A DNA stretch of 64,000 bases from Octopus bimaculoides (lineage: Eukaryota). Of the stretch, positions 13,353 through 26,190 are shown piece by piece (within the stretch, counting starts at the first letter, position 1; the number at the start of each line of letters is the position of its first letter). A program made the position numbers and the translations under genes. The stretch covers positions 1,587,458-1,651,457 of the forward strand of contig NC_068997.1 in the NCBI RefSeq assembly GCF_001194135.2, written 5' to 3'. Under the pieces are notes generated by a model that did no database searches, had not been told where the DNA came from, and was given only the letters and a program-made list of their open reading frames with translations.

Positions 13353-14443
13353 CCGTGTGTGTGAGTGCGTGTATTAGTGCATAGTGTATTCTTTGGAATG
13401 TTGTCTCCCTGTAAATATTTCAACGAAAGAATTTTTTCACTTTGCGTTTACCAAATCCCCACTCAATGATTGGCCCGAGGTGATAGTTGATGATACTACT
13501 CAAGGTCTCAGGCAGTGGATCGGAACCTCCAAACAAGTGGTTACGAAGCAAAAATTTTACGACACACACATACGTGTTCCTGTGAAGTGTCTTCATCGTT
13601 TTGTCATAATTCTTTGATAATTCAAAATTATTTTACTTTGTTAAAGCAAAATAAAGTTTTTTGTTTCGTATATGACACATTTCTGGTGATAGCGAATACC
13701 AGTAATTTGCTAGGATAGAGTATAGTAAATGCTACTCACTAGTAGACTTTCATATCCAAATGGAATACTGTTGAATAGAAGAAAAAAATAGAAGTTGAGA
13801 GGGAGGTTGACAGGAAGAGAGAGTGAGAGGCAGAGAAGATGAGAGAGAGGTTGCATGAGAGAGAATGGTTGCATGAGAGAGGCTGGAGGAGAAAGAGAGG
13901 AAAAAAAGAGGGAAGGTGAGAATGAGAGATTGATTGAAAGTTATGGGAATAAGGAGAGGAAACCTGAGAAAAAGAGAGAAAGTGATTAGGGAGAAAGAAA
14001 GAGGAGGTGAATGGGTAAAGCGAGAAAATGATTAAAGAGGAGAGAAACGGGGAAAGAACAGAGCGGGGTTCTGAAGTATTGAATAAAGCTTCACTTTACG
14101 AGTGTGTGAGAATGTGTGTGTGTGTGCGTGGGTTTGTGTCTCTGTGCGTGGGTTTGTGTGTCTGTGCGTGGGGGTTTGTGTGTCTGTGCGTGGGTTTGTA
14201 TGTGTGTGTATGTTTGTGCATGTGTGTGTGTGTGTATTATTGCGTTTTGTGCGTGTTGTCTCCGTATCTTTGTGTGTGTATGTCTATATGACTGAGTGTG
14301 CTTTGTTCGTGATTGCAAATATATTTCTTCCTGCGTGCGTGTGTGTGTGTGTGTGAGCGTGAGTGTGCATACGCATACTGAATGTGTGTTTCCGTGGCAA
14401 AGTTCAGAAATTTCCATGGTAACAAAATTTGTTCTATTTTCAG

Positions 14444-14514
14444 CAGACAGAGAACGGTCTGATATTGAGCGATGGAACTCTATAAAATGTCTTCAGATAA
14501 CCTGAACAATGAAA
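14444..14514 (+). other. Candidate exon (5' UTR plus possible start MELYKMSSDNLNNE)
   Basis: Acceptor TTGTTCTATTTTCAG (NAGNAG), donor GAAA|GTAAAT; ATGs at 14472 and 14487. Confidence 0.25.
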
Positions 14515-16105
14515 GTAAATTGACATCACTCGTGATTTGAAACTGTTTCACAAAATCTAGTTCCCGGTATTCAGTTTCTATCCTAGATCGGCGCAGCAAT
14601 TATTGACGCTGAAATAAATTCATTAAATTTTGGACAAAAGAGGATTTACTGAAATCAGTCATGGGTAACTTGCGGCCCGCGGGACCATCTGAGAAGCACA
14701 CCAAAAGAAAAATTACCTTCAATAATTTTTAGTAGTGCAGTCCTCCTCATGGTGAACCTTGTCTCATGCTGCCCACTTCTCAAGAAAAGTTGCCCCTGCC
14801 TGACTTAAATTAATGTTAAGTCTATAATTACATTCTGAGTAAGTTTTATACTGAAGTCCATGCAATGAATGAATGTTACAGGTAGATGGTGTGAAGAGAA
14901 CGTTAGAGATTACATGTATGTGTGTGTAAAGGGAGGCAGAGAGAGAGAGAAAGAGAGAGAGAGGGAGAGAGAGGGAGAGAGAGATGGAAAGAGAGAGGTG
15001 GAAAAAGAGTCTTTGCTTGTGAGTGAGGTTCAGAACGATCGGATTTTCTCCATTTTAACATTTATTAGATGTAATCATTAAGTAAAACATTAATTATGAA
15101 ACTGAGTTTATGAGGCTTCCAAAGGCAACTATGATGATGATGATGATGATAATGATGGTGATGATAATGATGATGATGAAGGAGTGTGAAAGAAGGGGTG
15201 GTACCCTTCAAATTTCACAAAGTATATATTTTTTGTACATTTCCTGAATTTCGATTGACAAGACTTGTTGACATCTCTTGATGTCAATATAAAGGAGATT
15301 GTGTACGTGGTCATCAATGATAGCCACCTGCAAATTTGGTCTAGTGATAGTGCACAAATGAAAGAGGCCAGTGCTTTCAAATACCGTTGCTCTTAGTGTT
15401 TCAATTTACATTTGTGTCAAGGATATAAAAATGTCCTGATACACGTTCAAGTATGAATCTAACTTAACTTTGTATTTCGCTTTTTCTACTTGCCAGAAAT
15501 AATCAGTGCCGCTGTGTGTTATGTAGCCTCATAAGAGTGAGTGAATTCATTCATTTATACATGCATACATACATACATACCCACATACATGCATATGCGT
15601 ATATTTGTACATACATGGGCATGTGCATATACACGTTTGTATATATATATATAGATATATGTATNNNNNNNNNNNNNNNNNNNNNNNNNNNNNNNNNNNN
15701 NNNNNNNNNNNNNNNNNNNNNNNNNNNNNNNNNNNNNNNNNNNNNNNNNNNNNNNNNNNNNNNNNNNNNNNNNNNNNNNNNNNNNNNNNNNNNNNNNNNN
15801 NNNNNNNNNNNNNNNNNNNNNNNNNNNNNNNNNNNNNNNNNNNNNNNNNNNNNNNNNNNNNNNNNNNNNNNNNNNNNNNNNNNNNNNNNNNNNNNNNNNN
15901 NNNNNNNNNNNNNNNNNNNNNNNNNNNNNNNNNNNNNNNNNNNNNNNNNNNNNNNNNNNNNNNNNNNNNNNNNTATATATATATATATGTGTGTGTGTGG
16001 GGGGTATAAATAATACAAAATGGGACAAGAACGCAAAACATCCAGACAGTTAGGTGATACAAGAAAGGGACAAACCATTCAGATAGACGATACAAAGAAA
16101 AGAAA

Positions 16106-16140
16106 GACAGGTCATTCGGAGTTTTCTCTCTTCAGTCGAG
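16106..16140 (-). ncRNA. Degenerate hammerhead-like motif
   Basis: Minus strand CTGAAGA-GAG-AAAA-CTC-CGAAT-GACC; stem II resembles the 20459-20505 motif. Confidence 0.35.
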
Positions 16141-16382
16141 ATCCAGAATATCCTTTGAATTTCGGCTGGTTATTCTCGATATTGCTCCAATATATATGCA
16201 TGCTAGTATATATATGTACGTGTGTGTGTACGTGTGTGTATCTGTCTGTGTGCCTATGTGTGCATGCTTTCTTATGTGTTTGTGTATAGAATTGTATGTT
16301 TGACAAGTGACTTGTTCCAAAACAGTTTGCTGATACTGGAGAGAGAGAGAGAGAGACAGCAAAAAAGTGGTTCCACGTTTAG

Positions 16383-16491
16383 ATCCTATTTCGTGATATA
16401 TTGAGCAAGTGCCATCTACTGTACCTTCGCGGATACCGTTTCCTTGGAAAAAGATTAAGGGTGATGGCAAATGTGCGAAAGCATTATAAAC
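16383..16491 (+). CDS. Candidate internal exon ILFRDILSKCHLLYLRGYRFLGKRLRVMANVRKHYK; product unknown
   Basis: Acceptor CCACGTTTAG|, donor AAAC|GTAAGT; 109 nt with one open frame in unique sequence. Confidence 0.35.
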
Positions 16492-16774
16492 GTAAGTGTA
16501 CGAGTGCTTCGTATGTCTTTTTGGGTGTGCAGTGTAGTGTGTTGCTGGTCTATATAACCTGTTCATAATTCATATCTTTGATCGATTAATATCAGCATAG
16601 AACCGACAGCGACGGATCTAAAACATCTGCTTTCTGACTCCCTGGGATGGCGTTAGACCAGTCATAGGCAAACTTAGGCCTATCGAAATGGCACGCCAAA
16701 TTTCATGAGTGAAATAGCGAACACACACACGCACATGCATACACCCTAGCAAGGCTTTACTATCATTCGACGCA

Positions 16775-16990
16775 TCAGCTACTGTCTGGGAGAGCTCTCG
16801 GGGCAGGCCCCGCACCAGATGGCTGGAAGTGATTGAGGAAAGATCTCCAGTAGCTCAATGTCACCTTGGGGGATGCAGAGGCGTTGGCACGGGACCTCCA
16901 GCAATGATGAGAACTGGTGGACCTAGCCAGTTCTATGCATGGGCTCTGGGACCACTAACCTAGGATGACCACCACCCTCATCAAGCAAAA
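16775..16990 (+). mobile_element. RTE-clade LINE 3' fragment
   Basis: Encodes WESSRGRPRTRWLEVIEE then, after a frameshift, DLQ*LNVTLGDAEALARD: typical RTE ORF C-terminus. Confidence 0.75.
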
Positions 16991-17292
16991 GCATGAAGCA
17001 AGCAGCCAACAGTCTTCTAGAAAAAAAAGCTGTCCGTGTCTGAGTTACACTCTCCCAAATCACACTTGTCATTCGAAAGTCAGTGAACCAAGTAACTGAT
17101 TGTCTGTTAGAAAATTCTTTTGTTCACAAATTCCGATGTAAAATAATTACAATATAATTATTAAAAAAGTTGATGTGAGCGTATGAACTTGTGTGCTTAT
17201 GACTATTGATAATTTGTGTGCTTAGCTGGAGCTGAAAATATATCGTTGAGATGAGAACTAGAGAAGTTACCAGACAAAAGGCAATAAAACAA

Positions 17293-17364
<72 letters not shown>

Positions 17365-17719
17365 GTGTATGTATTCCAAGAGATCATAGAGAAGTGCATC
17401 AATATTTCTTTTATTCAAGAGTTGTTGATAGAACTTACCCTAATCAGCCAGATTATGTAATCACTGCCATCTATATTTTACTTTCGATCTATATTTTATT
17501 TTCGCTCTATTTCTTACTCTCTCCTCTTACAATTTCGTTCCTCATAACGTAAAGATAATTTTTCAGATAAAATTATTGATTTCCTGCAGAAATCTCCTTC
17601 AGTCAAAATGTTTGGCTCATATTGCAAACTTAAGATACGTTCATGTTAACTGCTAAGTTAATAAGTACAGATTATTTTTGTTCCTCATGTTAACCGATAA
17701 TTAGTGCACCATAATTATT

Positions 17720-17830
17720 GTGATTCAAATCTCGCTGAGGTCAACTTTGACTCTCATCCCTCAGGGGTTGATGAAATAAAGTAGCAATCAAGTAATGGGC
17801 TCTCTTTCGTCAAAATTGCCGGCCTTGCGC

Positions 17831-17879
<49 letters not shown>

Positions 17880-18150
17880 GTTATTGTTGTTGTTGTTGTT
17901 GTTCTTGTTGTTGTTGTTTTGTTGTTGTTTTTGTTGTTGTTGCTTTTGTTGTTAAAGGCGATGAACTAGCAGAATCCTCAGCGGCATTTCGTCCGTCTTT
18001 ACGTTCTGAGTTCAAATTCCGCTGAGGTCGACTTTACTTTTCATCCTTTCGGAGTCGATAAAATAAGTACCAGCTTAACACTGGGGTCGATGTAATCGAC
18101 TTACACCCTTCTCCAAAATTTCTGGCATTGTGCCAAAATTTGAAACCATT
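17720..18150 (+). mobile_element. Two tandem family A SINE copies separated by (ATT)n/(GTT)n
   Basis: Partial copy 17720-17830, repeat 17831-17950, full copy 17952-18150. Confidence 0.8.
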
Positions 18151-18169
18151 ATTATCGTTGTTAGGATCG

Positions 18170-18760
18170 AACGTTTGTTATGTAGACTTTTGTTAGAATA
18201 TCATAACCGTTTGGCTTTGCCATAGACTTTGTTCTGTTGTTTCTTCTGTTAATCGTTTCCACTTTTGTGTAAATTATGTGTAGTATCTCTCGTGTTATTG
18301 GGTGGTGAATGTGTTTCCTATGTGTTCTTGGATTAGTATTATGTGTGTCACTAGGAGCTTGTCATTTTGTAGAGGATATGACGGTGTGTATATGGCTGTG
18401 TATATAGTTGTGCTGAATGTGGTTGATGTGAGTTTTTAGTGTCATTGTGTCGTTAAAAGAATGTGTTGTGTTATTTTATTGGATGTTGATCGTGTACGGG
18501 ATGTACGATGTTATTTTATTGACTGATAGAAATGAGTATGTGAGGTGTGAAATATGTAATTTTTATTGGGTGTTTATTGTGTAGAGTTAAGTGTTGTGTA
18601 CAGAGAATGAATTGTGTTTTGTTATTAAACTGAAAGTGATACGGATTATTACAGAGGTGGTGGGTTTAGTGATAATAATGGTACTGATTGTGGCAATGCT
18701 TTTTGTAATAATGGTGGTGATGTTGTAGGCGGTGGTGTTGTTGACGGTGATGTTGTTGGT
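18170..18760 (-). mobile_element. Possible decayed LINE 3' region (I/Jockey-like)
   Basis: Strongly strand-skewed, A/C-rich minus strand with His/Thr-rich remnants; assignment from memory only. Confidence 0.25.
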
Positions 18761-20109
18761 GGGGATGTTGTCGGTGGTTATAGTGGTAGTGGTGGTCAAG
18801 GCGGTGGCAATAATAGGATGGTAGAGATAAAATAAGTTATCTATTCTCAACAATGTCTTTGAAATCAAATCAAACCTAAACAAGTGAGATGGAATCAATA
18901 AGAAAACGATAAAACTTTTCTCAAGTTTCTCTTTAAAACATCAAGTGGAATTATGTAACAATCCATTCTCTCTCGCAGACTCTCAACAGATTATACGATA
19001 AATCTGCCAATATCTTTTGGCTACTCAGCTCACTTATCTCTAATCTAAATTAGCTGCATCGACTATATTTTATCCGCAAAATTGTGCCTCTGTTTATAGC
19101 GATTCCACTAGTATTTACACATTGAATCTGTCAATTCTTCTAGGGAAATTTATAAAGAATAGTTGACATTTTATTAATATAGCGATATAGACAGATAGAG
19201 TTAGTGTAAATTTGGACAATTGTCATCAGGAAAAGAGCACTTGAAAACTGATATTAACCGTTGGCTTGCTTGTTTTAGATTTCTCTTGAAATAAAGCTCT
19301 GTAGCGTTGAAAATGGCAACATTGTTCAACTCGCCAGACTGAGCAAGAGAGGGAGAGAGAGAGAAAGAGAGTGAAAGAGAGAGATAGATAATACGTTGTT
19401 TGATATGTCTAATACGCGACTCTTCATTATCTACATTTATTTTCGATGAGAGGAAGACAAAAACGTACAATTAACACGGAAAAGAATATAAAACTATCAC
19501 GAATCATAACCCGAGTTCTATTTTGGCTGGAAAGAAAATGGATTCTTTCGCTTGATTTAGCTACAATGTTCCGGCTGTGTTTACTCAACTTTATTTCAAA
19601 TGTTATGGCATATTGCGAGAGATTTTTACATTTACTTCACAAGGAGGTATCTCTATCATAGTCGCAATAATATCACTAGCACTGTAAAACTATGTATAAT
19701 ATGATTATATACATATATAAATTCGTATACAAACATACATACATATACATACATACATACGTATATACGTACATACGTACATACATACATACATACATAC
19801 ATGCACTCACATACACACACATATATAATTGACTCCTGTCGAGAACGATGCATGTGTGATATGTAACACAGGCTAAAATATAGTTCATAAAAGCTGATAA
19901 AAACTAATTGGAATTAGATTTGATAAAAGTTGATAAAATATGGTAAATGTGACAGAAACTGGTTAAACATAATAAAGCTAATATGAGCAAATTCTGTTAA
20001 ATTATGATGGCTGATACACTTTCTTCTGAAGCGCAACGTTATGTCTTGATATGCTAGTGTGGTTACGCGGACTACATTTCAGTTCTTGTGTACCGTTGTT
20101 CCCTGTCTT

Positions 20110-20320
20110 TTTAATATTGATTTCAAATTTTGGCACAAGGCCAGTAAGTTCGGGGAAATGGAGTAAGTTGATTACATCGATAGGTATTTGTTTTATCGAC
20201 TGCGACATGATGAACGGTAAAGTCAATGCTGGTAGAATTTGAACTCAGACCGTAAAGACGGATGACATGCCGTCAAGCATTTTACCCGGTATGATAATGT
20301 CTCTGCCAGCTTGTCACTTT
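20110..20320 (-). mobile_element. Family A SINE (a second copy lies at 20615-20785)
   Basis: TTTCAAATTTTGGCACAAGGCC tail and GAATTTGAACTCAG B box in both. Confidence 0.8.
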
Positions 20321-20458
20321 CCGTATTTATACTTGGCAAGGTTATCTCTACAGATATTCTTTAGAAACTATAGCCAGCACTGATTCTTGTTACGACTTTT
20401 CGCATCCGAGATGTCAGATATAAACAAACAATGAGATTGAAGATGAAAAAAGGGTAAT

Positions 20459-20505
20459 GGGCGCATATGCCATATTTCGGGAGTTTTGCTCCTTCATCAG
20501 CACCC
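20459..20505 (-). ncRNA. Type I hammerhead-ribozyme motif
   Basis: Minus strand GGGTG-CTGATGA-AGGAG-CAAAA-CTCCC-GAAA-TAT-GGC-ATA-TG-CGCCC: all three stems form; cleavage triplet AUG is non-permissive. Confidence 0.65.
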
Positions 20506-21264
20506 TTCTAACCCCTTGTTCATCCACGAACATATTGCTTAAAGAACCACTAAATACAGCGGTGTAACCTTATTGGATATACCGATTTTACATATTAAAA
20601 ATAAGTACGGTCTTACGTTTTAATATTGATTTCAAATTTTAGCATAAGGATAGCAATTTCGAAAGAAAGGGTAAGTCGACCCCAGTATTCAGCTGGTACT
20701 TATTTTATTGACCATGAAAGGATGAAGGACAAAATCGACCTCGGCGGAGTTTGAACCCAGAACGTGTAGACGGACGAAATGCCATTATGAATTAAGAATA
20801 AAACCGTGGATGGATGTGCAGTAGAGCTGACACAACTGATACTCATATTCATATCGCATGGGTTATATGGAAAAGGTTTTTGCTTGAGACTGGACCAAGT
20901 ACTTATTTTCTTTTCCTGAAACTGTGAGCATTCATTTTGCCAAACTTGATTAATGAGTGGAACGTGTCCTCAAGTTTGTCGGTAAAAGCCCAATTTCTTT
21001 CCTTAATCTTGTCTTTGTTGCACAGCAGGATATTTGGACGTGATGGGGCCGTTTGGAAGTCGGTTCAGACAAATATGAAATGAGACTTTTTGTTTTTTGC
21101 GTAAGGGATTTTAGCTTAGAACGTGTAAGCTTCCTTTTCTCAGACATCTTTTAATGACATGCAGCAGACATTCTGATTTCAGCCACATCTCCTTATTAAT
21201 CGATAATTAACTGTAACACACATTCAAACACACACACGCACATACGCACTACATAGACCCACAT

Positions 21265-21305
<41 letters not shown>

Positions 21306-21473
21306 AGCACATACACATACATGCATACATACATACATACTTACACACATATAATACACATATAATACACATATAATACACACATATAAAAACATACGAG
21401 CGGCATTAGAATACTATACAAACACACACATGCACACATACATGTACACACACACACACACACACACATAGAT

Positions 21474-21565
<92 letters not shown>

Positions 21566-22883
21566 CACAACGCAACACAACACAACACAACACAGTACGA
21601 TGGAATATATTTAAATATATTGTCCATCTGCAATAATATTTCAGGACTCAAAAACTCTTTGTCTAGGGTCCTAGATAATCATCAAACGATAAAAAAACTT
21701 ATACAGTTAGGCTAATATAAACGACACATAAGAATGGTTTCTTTTTTAAGAGTTTCCTGCATTGCATAAGTGTATGAAGATGTAAAGGCAATGATTCTTA
21801 CATTTCAATATTTATAGCGTGGATGAATATATTCCTAGGATTAGTCGTAACTTACGAAGATGAAACACAAAAAATATAACTAAGCGAGGAGACTTTTTAG
21901 ATACTTTGAGGAAACGAAGAGGAAAATTATGAGTTACTGAAGTTCTTTCACTTTCAGTTTATTAGTCGCAAATGTTTATAATATTTCAGCATGGCGTTCA
22001 TCTTCCCAAGGCATTTTACTTAATGTTGAGTGCAGTAGCATATTATTTCAAATCGCAGCGTGTTGTGCCATTGAAAATCTTCACAAATATCTATTATACA
22101 ATAAATGAAAGCGACATGGTGTGAACAAAGCCCTGAAATCTTGTTAAACACTCGTCAGTTATACGGTTTTCCTATTGTTGACAATGATGTTTAAACCATT
22201 TATATTTCCTATAATTTTAAACTTCGGTAAACCAGAACACTTGAAATTTGCATGTCGTCACCTTGTGCCAGAAAAGTAGGTTCTGCCTCATATTTGATCA
22301 GGAAGAACGTATGGTCAGATCACTCTGAAATCAGAACCAGCAATCTTATATTTAAAATGCACAAGTTGCATAATCAAGGCCTATGCTTGGAAAAGAATGT
22401 GATGGTCACGGTTGTAACGCAGGTTGTAACACGGTTGTAACACGGTTGTAACACAGGTGGCCATAGCTACGCTTCATCGAGAGTGACTTAGACACTGTAT
22501 AAACGATAACAGCGACAACAACAAATCATCTTGAAAATTGACAAAACAGAAGTGTTGCGGGGATACGAACGGAAGTTCTTTCAACCTGGCCACACGACGC
22601 CATTTTACAACTTTATCGGCTGCACTCGTTCTACAACTATGCATAAGCACTCGAATATTATTTTCTCTTTCAAAAGAATTACTTCATAAGTATATGGATT
22701 CAAAGATTCTATTGAATCAGTTTGCCGAGCCATTCAATGTTCCACCCACGTTAGAGTCATATTTATCCGGAAAACTCTACGTCCTCGCTTACAACGTGAA
22801 TGTTTGTTAAAGATATAATTGAATAAATGAATGAATCGTATCGATGTCTAGTTTAGAGCTTGCAGAAGGAATTTTCTTTGAGA

Positions 22884-22929
<46 letters not shown>

Positions 22930-23480
22930 TATTATAGGTGTGTGCACATGCTTTTTTCTTTCATTTTATCATAAAAATCTTGCGTAGTGGTCTCACAGTT
23001 GGATGGTTTCTAGTTTCTAACGTTAAGAAATATTTCTTTACTGGTTCAGAAATGTTGCTATTACATAGAACCTTATTTCAAAAACACTTCACCAACATTC
23101 GTTTTACAAGAAATTGGAAACAAACAGAAAATATTGGCAAGGAATTGTGGTCATGTTTTTATATTTTATTTCCACCTGTAATGCTTTAAAATCTTAAAGC
23201 ATATCGAATAGCTTGAGCAAGAAAAAGGTGGAAAGCATCGAAGCAGAAACGGTAAACAATACATTAATATGTAATAAATAACGGATGTAAAGAACGATTC
23301 TTAGGAACCGGTCAACCCTGAGGGATTATTTCCAAAGAATTCCTCATCTGTAAACAGAATTTAACCCATATTTACTCTACCGAATACTGGTTATAAATAT
23401 TTAAAAGGTACATATTTCAACATGAATATCTATCGACATAAATATATGTGTGTGCGTTTGTTTGTGCGCATGTAATTGTG

Positions 23481-23526
<46 letters not shown>

Positions 23527-23539
23527 AGGTATGTATATA

Positions 23540-23576
<37 letters not shown>

Positions 23577-23679
23577 TATCTTTGTATGGAGCTNNNNNNN
23601 NNNNNNNNNNNNNNNNNNNNNNNNNNNNNNNNNNNNNNNNNNNNNNNNNNNNNNNNNNNNNNNNNNNNNNNNNNNNNNN

Positions 23680-23736
<57 letters not shown>

Positions 23737-23737
23737 A

Positions 23738-24319
23738 GATACTTTCTACACTAATAGAAACAAATATAGTACCGACGGCGGTATTAGTAGAAATAATAAT
23801 AAACTCTACCCTAACCTTAGTACAGAATACTCTCAGAACCAAAATAACCACTTTAACCTCAACAAGCCTAATCCTACCCCACTAGCAAGAAACAACCCCC
23901 TCTCACAGAATTACCTATGTGATTGCAGGAACAGGAACAGTCCCTTTGGTAACACGTGTAGAATTAAAGACGTTATTTATCAAAGCAGAGTCACAATAAA
24001 GTCTAGTAAATTGAGTTGTATTGGAGCAACCCAAAGTGAAATCAAACGAAGGCTAGCCATACACCAACATTCTTTTAGAAGCAAAAACTTAATTAATTCG
24101 ACTGGTTTAAGTAGGTACATTTGGGAGTTCAAAGATAGTAACACTAGCTTCACATTAAATTGGGAGATCCTCGCTACTGCACCTTCGTATAATGAAAAAA
24201 ATAAAAAATGTTACCTTTCCATAAAAGATTTTTTTTATATTCAATCAACACGAATTCCGTTATTGAACCTGAGAGTTGAGCGAAATGTAACTTGCCAGCA
24301 CCAAAAGCACTTTCGATAA
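23738..24319 (+). mobile_element. Penelope-like element 3' fragment, GIY-YIG endonuclease
   Basis: Frame open 23738-24319: LCDCRNRNSPFGNTC..VIYQSRV..SCIGATQSEIKRRLAIHQHSF..STGLSRYIWEFK..LLN..CQH. Confidence 0.8.
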
Positions 24320-24322
24320 ATA

Positions 24323-24790
24323 TAAATAACACTAGAAATATTTTTACTCCCCCATAATAGTACTTATAACCGCACAACATATAATTAGTAAGCCCTGATA
24401 GTTTAATGTAGGTGATATCTCTTACCCCTTTTATAGTTAGTCCTGTTTAGGAATATCGAGGCACCGGTAGGTAGTCAGATAACTACCCACCCCTTTCCCT
24501 TTTCCTAAGTCTTAAATGTTACCCCCTACCCATATCTATTACCTATTTCTTACTATTATAAATAACACTAGATATACTTATACTACCTCATAATACTACC
24601 TATAACCCCACTGCATATAAATAGTAGCCCCTAATAGTTTAATGCAGATTATACATCTTATTCTTTTTATAGTCCATCTTGTTAGGAATAACTGAGACTC
24701 TTGTAGGTAGTCAAATAACCAATCCATCCTTCTTACCCTTCTGCTAAGTTTTAAATGTAACCCCCACCCATATCTATTACCTATTTCTTA
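24323..24790 (+). repeat. Diverged tandem duplication, about 236-bp period, downstream of the GIY-YIG ORF
   Basis: Units 24323-24552 and 24559-24790 both start TAAATAACACTAGA and end CCCATATCTATTACCTATTTCTTA. Confidence 0.85.
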
Positions 24791-25924
24791 CACCAACTGA
24801 CATGTCTCCCATTTTATCATCACCTAGCCCCTTGTTTTCTACCATAACATAGCCTTTTATTTCTACCATAACTGATCCGAGAACACAAAAGACCTTAGGT
24901 TTTCTACCAAATTATTAACCCTAAATACATGTGAACAATATTTCCCCATATTTGATTTTTTTCATCCTTTTTATTTATTTTTATTTTTACTATATGCTTT
25001 ATATTTTTTCATTAATTTATTGTACTTTATGCCCACAAGTATTCTTTTTTGCACCCACTTGGCGTTAATATACCTTTGCTTATAATTTTAATGATGAGAT
25101 TCAATTAGAATTTCTCTCTTATCTTAGGGCGTTTGTTTTTGCCTTTTAGGCATACTTAGTAAATTGCTTGATTGAAGGTAACTTTTCTCATAGTAATCAC
25201 TTGCCTGTGGACCCGGCATTCATTGTAACCAGTAGTGCTATTATATTCATTTAAATTGTTTTATAATGAGAGGAACTATATACTCTAATGACTATGTAAT
25301 GCTTATGCAGCATACTTAGGACATTGCTGATAACTAGGGAGTTTCCTTATTTGATATTATTTTAGCATGTGACTTGACCTTATATATTATTCGCCTAATT
25401 GTAAGTGCCATTTTCTTTGTGCATTGCAGAGCACCTGCAGGATGAATTTTGCTTACATACCTGTGTATATCTAATTATTACTACAATGTGCTATATACGA
25501 GGTTTAGCCCAATTTCATTCCCTAGCAGTGCTAATCTAACCAGTACTAGTTGCCTCCCCTTAACCACTAATCTGTGGTCTCTCTAATTCTTCCATCATGC
25601 AAGTAATAACGTTAAGATGTTGAAGGACATAAACGGCCCTCAATATCTATACATTGACTTATCCCACCCCCGTATCGTTTTCTTTTTTTCTGTTCTCGTT
25701 TCTTGTTTATTTCATAAACTAATAATTTGTAACGGTTTCAACTTGTGACCCCGGTTCAAATTGTAACTGACCAATTGTAGAGACTGTTGGACTTAGAGCT
25801 TCCCCATTGTGGATCATAGGTGGGATTCTCGGTATTAATTTCTGTGAGAAAATCTTTTCTTTAACTCCTTACGACAATTGTTTACTTTTACTAAAGTTTA
25901 CTCTATTAGTATAGTATACTCTCT

Positions 25925-26190
25925 TCAGTCTCCATTTGACGTACTGCAGCATGCATTTACTGATCGTGAGAAAGTCTCATCTTGCTTCTCTCTTTTTCTC
26001 CCATTTGATGTGCTGCAGCATGCGTTTACTGGACTTGGGAAAGTCTCCTCCCCTTTTGTATTGAGACTTCATTTGACGTGCTGCAACACGCCTTTGCTGA
26101 TTTTGAGGAAGTCTCATGTCGCTTCTGTCTTGAGACCCCATTTGATGTGGTGCAGTACGCGTTTGGTGATATTGGGGTAAGTCTCAAATA
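25925..26190. repeat. Four-unit 68-69-bp tandem array
   Basis: Cores (C/T)CATTTGA(C/T)GT..TGCA start at 25932, 26001, 26069, 26138; each ends AAGTCTC followed by a variable pyrimidine-rich linker. Confidence 0.85.

Noticed and set aside
22410-22457. 11-bp tandem GGTTGTAACAC (about 4 units); similar short arrays at 14125-14195 and 21345-21390
   Set aside because: Ordinary short minisatellites with no further structure.
23320-23352. Possible hammerhead remnants (CTGAGGGATTATTTCCAAAG); similar weak cases near 22858 and 53208
   Set aside because: Several core positions are missing; cannot be distinguished from chance without a family consensus.
25078-25110. Hammerhead-like ATGATGA-GATTC-AATTA-GAATT downstream of the first PLE
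   Set aside because: No GAAA and no stem I; too degraded to call.
25925-26190. CRISPR array
   Set aside because: Eukaryotic context, diverged cores of about 48 bp, related low-complexity linkers and no cas genes; kept only as a tandem array.
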